A stretch of DNA of 64,000 bases from Nostoc sp. DedSLP01. Lineage in GTDB: Bacteria > Cyanobacteriota > Cyanobacteriia > Cyanobacteriales > Nostocaceae. Below the pieces are notes generated by a model. The model searched no databases and had not been told where the DNA came from. It was given only the letters and a program-made list of their open reading frames with translations. Below are positions 61,587-64,000 of the stretch, one piece after another. The stretch covers positions 96,001 to 160,000 of the forward strand of contig JAVRCJ020000003.1 in the NCBI GenBank assembly GCA_034530875.2, in the 5' to 3' direction. The position numbers and the translations under genes were made by a program. Positions within the stretch are counted from its first letter, which is position 1. Every line of letters starts with the position of its first letter.

Positions 61587-62039
61587 GTGACTTTTCGTGA
61601 ATTTTTACCTACACAGCCAGTAATTTTGGGCTTCGATCCAGGTCGAGATAAGTGTGGTTTAGCGGTGATGGGACTAGATCGGCAATTATATTATCATCAA
61701 GTCGTGGTGGCAAAAGAGGCGATCGCTTCCATTGAGACACTGCGTCAGAAATTCCCCATCTCCTTGATGGTAATGGGTAACCAAACTACAGCCAAGAAGT
61801 GGAAACAGCAACTGTATCAAGAATTAGCAGAACCCCTGAATATCATTTTGGTAGATGAGCGTTATACGACCTTAGAAGCACGCGATCGCTATTGGCAAAT
61901 GTATCCACCCAAAGGGCTAATAAAACTCTTGCCAGAGGGTATGCGACAGCCCCCAAGACCGATAGATGACATTGTTGCCATTCTATTAATTGAAAGATAC
62001 TTAAATCGCCTCAGTGACTCAGCCAATTTTGGATTTTGA
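61587..62039 (+). CDS. YqgF/RuvX-like RNase H-fold nuclease
   Basis: LGFDPGRDKCG, VDERYTT and DDIVA. Confidence 0.8.
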   Translation: MTFREFLPTQPVILGFDPGRDKCGLAVMGLDRQLYYHQVVVAKEAIASIETLRQKFPISLMVMGNQTTAKKWKQQLYQELAEPLNIILVDERYTTLEARDRYWQMYPPKGLIKLLPEGMRQPPRPIDDIVAILLIERYLNRLSDSANFGF

Positions 62040-62090
62040 ATTTTGGATTTTGGATTCAATCTAAAATCTAAAATCTAAAATTCAAAATTG
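62025..62090. repeat. Complementary ATTTTGG / TCTAAAA heptamer tracts between convergent genes
   Basis: Tandem units read directly; they can fold back on each other. Confidence 0.75.
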
Positions 62091-62098
62091 AATAACTC

Positions 62099-62362
62099 CT
62101 AAAATTCCGCCCGAATAGTAAAAGCATAGTCTCCTCCAGGCTCTAGCTGATAATCTTGTTTCTCTAAAAATCGACCGAGGGGTTCTTTGATTAAGGCGCG
62201 GCCTTGGGATGGCTTGACGGCAAGTTCTCCCCTGCGAAAATGCCACTGGAAATGCCATTCAAATTCACCTGCACTTACTTCACCTTCAAGGAAGCCGTGT
62301 TGCCAAGATTGGCGGGTAATTTTGACATGGGCAATGGTTTCTGGCAGACGTTTGGCACTCAC
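62099..62362 (-). CDS. DUF3146 family protein
   Basis: LPETIAHV...PSQGRALIKEPLGRFLE...LEPGGDY. Confidence 0.8.
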   Translation of the reverse strand: MSAKRLPETIAHVKITRQSWQHGFLEGEVSAGEFEWHFQWHFRRGELAVKPSQGRALIKEPLGRFLEKQDYQLEPGGDYAFTIRAEF

Positions 62363-62712
62363 AATGCTTTATGTCAAGTGTGGAATAACAGCCATTGATA
62401 TAGGCTATTTATTTTATTTACCAAACATAGCTTAAATAGACAAACTGGCAAAATGAGTATTTCTAGTTGAGGAAGTTGTGTTAATCAGCCAAAAGTCTCG
62501 AATATAGGTAAGTTACGGCTATAACCTGGGCATATCTAAAAACCCAAGTTGCGGTTTATCAAATTTCAGATGGAGACTCAAGCGATCGCTTGCTTGCAAA
62601 CAAGTATATCTTGGGTAGTATTGCTGATGTAATTTTTGCTAAAAATATTACTAGTATTTCTTAAATTACTGAAATAAAAGTCATTATTTGTGATTCTGCC
62701 AAAGGGTAACTT

Positions 62713-63474
62713 CTAATATCTGAGGAAGGACTTTATTCTAGAAACAATATATCGAACACTATTTTCATTAGTATATTCTGGATTAATAGGAACTTCCTTG
62801 TAAGATTTCAGCACAATAACAGCACGATAAAGCTTAGAGTATTTATATTGCCGTTCTTGGATATCAAAATACAGAATACTTTCTAGGGGAAATTCAATAA
62901 TTTGGTTACCGCGCAGACCTTTACGTTCGATCGAGACTTTATTGAGGCTTTTGTAAAAGATGCAGGTAGTTACGGGCGATGTTCCAAAAAAAGCAGCGAT
63001 CGCCATTGCGATCGAGATAAATAAACTTAAAAAAAATAGATAATCTCGTTGATTTTGCTGCACTAATAGGGAAGTTTCATTAGACTCGATAAAATTATTT
63101 ATTTTCAATGCAACTTGCTGATTTTCTTGATAGCTCAGGTGGGATAAAAGTGTAAAGTCTCCAAATGGGCTTATAATGACAACTTCAGAAGTATTATTTT
63201 TGGAAGCCCTCTTGATAATTATGCGTGCTTCTTGGGGGTCAAAAATTTTCATTTTTTCCATACCTCCCAACAAATTAAACTGCCTCAATTCACAGTTGAT
63301 TTGGTTGAGTGAAAAATGGCGATCGCAAGTTAGTTGAATTGCAGCAGAATCAAAAACTAAGCAGTAAATTAAAAAGCTTAAACAAACAGCAAAAATACAC
63401 CACCCGACAAACCAATATCTCAGGGGTCGATGCTTTAGCTGCAATCTAGTACGAGTTTCCTCTACAATTTTCAT
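62713..63474 (-). CDS. Hypothetical membrane protein with two transmembrane segments
   Basis: 253-aa ORF with two hydrophobic segments and a Cys pair between them. Confidence 0.65.
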   Translation of the reverse strand: MKIVEETRTRLQLKHRPLRYWFVGWCIFAVCLSFLIYCLVFDSAAIQLTCDRHFSLNQINCELRQFNLLGGMEKMKIFDPQEARIIIKRASKNNTSEVVIISPFGDFTLLSHLSYQENQQVALKINNFIESNETSLLVQQNQRDYLFFLSLFISIAMAIAAFFGTSPVTTCIFYKSLNKVSIERKGLRGNQIIEFPLESILYFDIQERQYKYSKLYRAVIVLKSYKEVPINPEYTNENSVRYIVSRIKSFLRY

Positions 63475-63634
63475 CAGTACTTGTCTAGAATATCAACTCT
63501 TAAGTAGAGTATTCCCTCGAAATTATCTATTTACTTATCGCCAAGTATAAGTATTAGGGAAGATTTCTCATGAATCGCTAAAAAACTTTTGATTAAGTGC
63601 TTCATAATTGGGTCAGAAAGCTATGACTAGAAGC

Positions 63635-64000
63635 ATGGAAACCAAACAGCTAGGAAAAACTGGTATCTTTGTAAGTGCGATCGGTTTGGGTGGTATGCCG
63701 ATGTCAATCTATAATCGCCCCCCTGAATCGGAATCAATCGAAGTTATTCATCGTGCCTTGGGCTTGGGTATTACATTTATTGACACTGCCGACTCTTACT
63801 GTAAAGATGAGTCAGATAAGCATCACAACGAACGGCTAATTCACAAAGCACTTGCCAGTTATAAAGGCGATATTAACCAAGTGATTGTCGCAACTAAGGG
63901 TGGTTTGATGCGTCCCGATGGTAACTGGACGCGCAACGGGAACCCAGAACACTTGCGCCAAACTATTAAAGTCAGCTTTGAGGCTTTAGGTGGTGCTAAA
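63635..64000 (+). CDS. Aldo/keto reductase, truncated by the window end (not in the ORF track)
   Basis: METKQLGKTGIFVSAIGLGGM...GITFIDTADSY...VATKGG; frame open to the end of the window. Confidence 0.9.
   Translation, partial: METKQLGKTGIFVSAIGLGGMPMSIYNRPPESESIEVIHRALGLGITFIDTADSYCKDESDKHHNERLIHKALASYKGDINQVIVATKGGLMRPDGNWTRNGNPEHLRQTIKVSFEALGGAK

Noticed and set aside
1..64000. CRISPR array, transposase, integrase or phage genes
   Set aside because: No regularly spaced repeat-spacer array was seen. Tandem repeats are 7-8-mers or the coding 24-mer, and no ORF shows such motifs.

Overview
Chromosomal window from a filamentous, probably heterocyst-forming (Nostocales-like) cyanobacterium. 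This assignment rests on abundant HIP1 octamers (GCGATCGC), heptamer STRR repeats and the hisB-fabI-ntcA arrangement. The first ~28 kb is mostly housekeeping and stress genes: a TPR pseudokinase, the low-oxygen acsF/ho2/hemN cluster, Mn-catalase katB, psaK, sufE, CobW plus a WD40 protein, tRNA-Ser(GGA), fed2-suhB-DnaJ-hisZ-ferredoxin-natE, a Tat-exported beta-carbonic anhydrase, a rubredoxin missing from the ORF track, rbp-rpsU, cysQ and rsmI. From ~28 to 55.6 kb lies an accessory surface-glycan region. It contains two GT-C-like membrane proteins and an orphan two-module NRPS (A-T-C-A-T-TE). The NRPS is transcribed divergently from a complete Wzx/Wzy polysaccharide cluster (priming GT, flippase, GT2, polymerase, two GT4s, AlgD-like dehydrogenase, Wzc), followed by a secreted beta-helix protein and Wza. 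The window ends with an ABC ATPase, hisB, fabI, ntcA, DUF3084, a YqgF-like gene, DUF3146 and a truncated aldo/keto reductase. The best candidate for an undescribed system is the NRPS beside the polysaccharide locus. Its second A domain has an Arg239/His278 pocket like domains that activate the side-chain carboxyl of acidic amino acids. Intergenic regions hold many small MITE, REP and SDR-like elements. All calls are by eye; no database searches were run.
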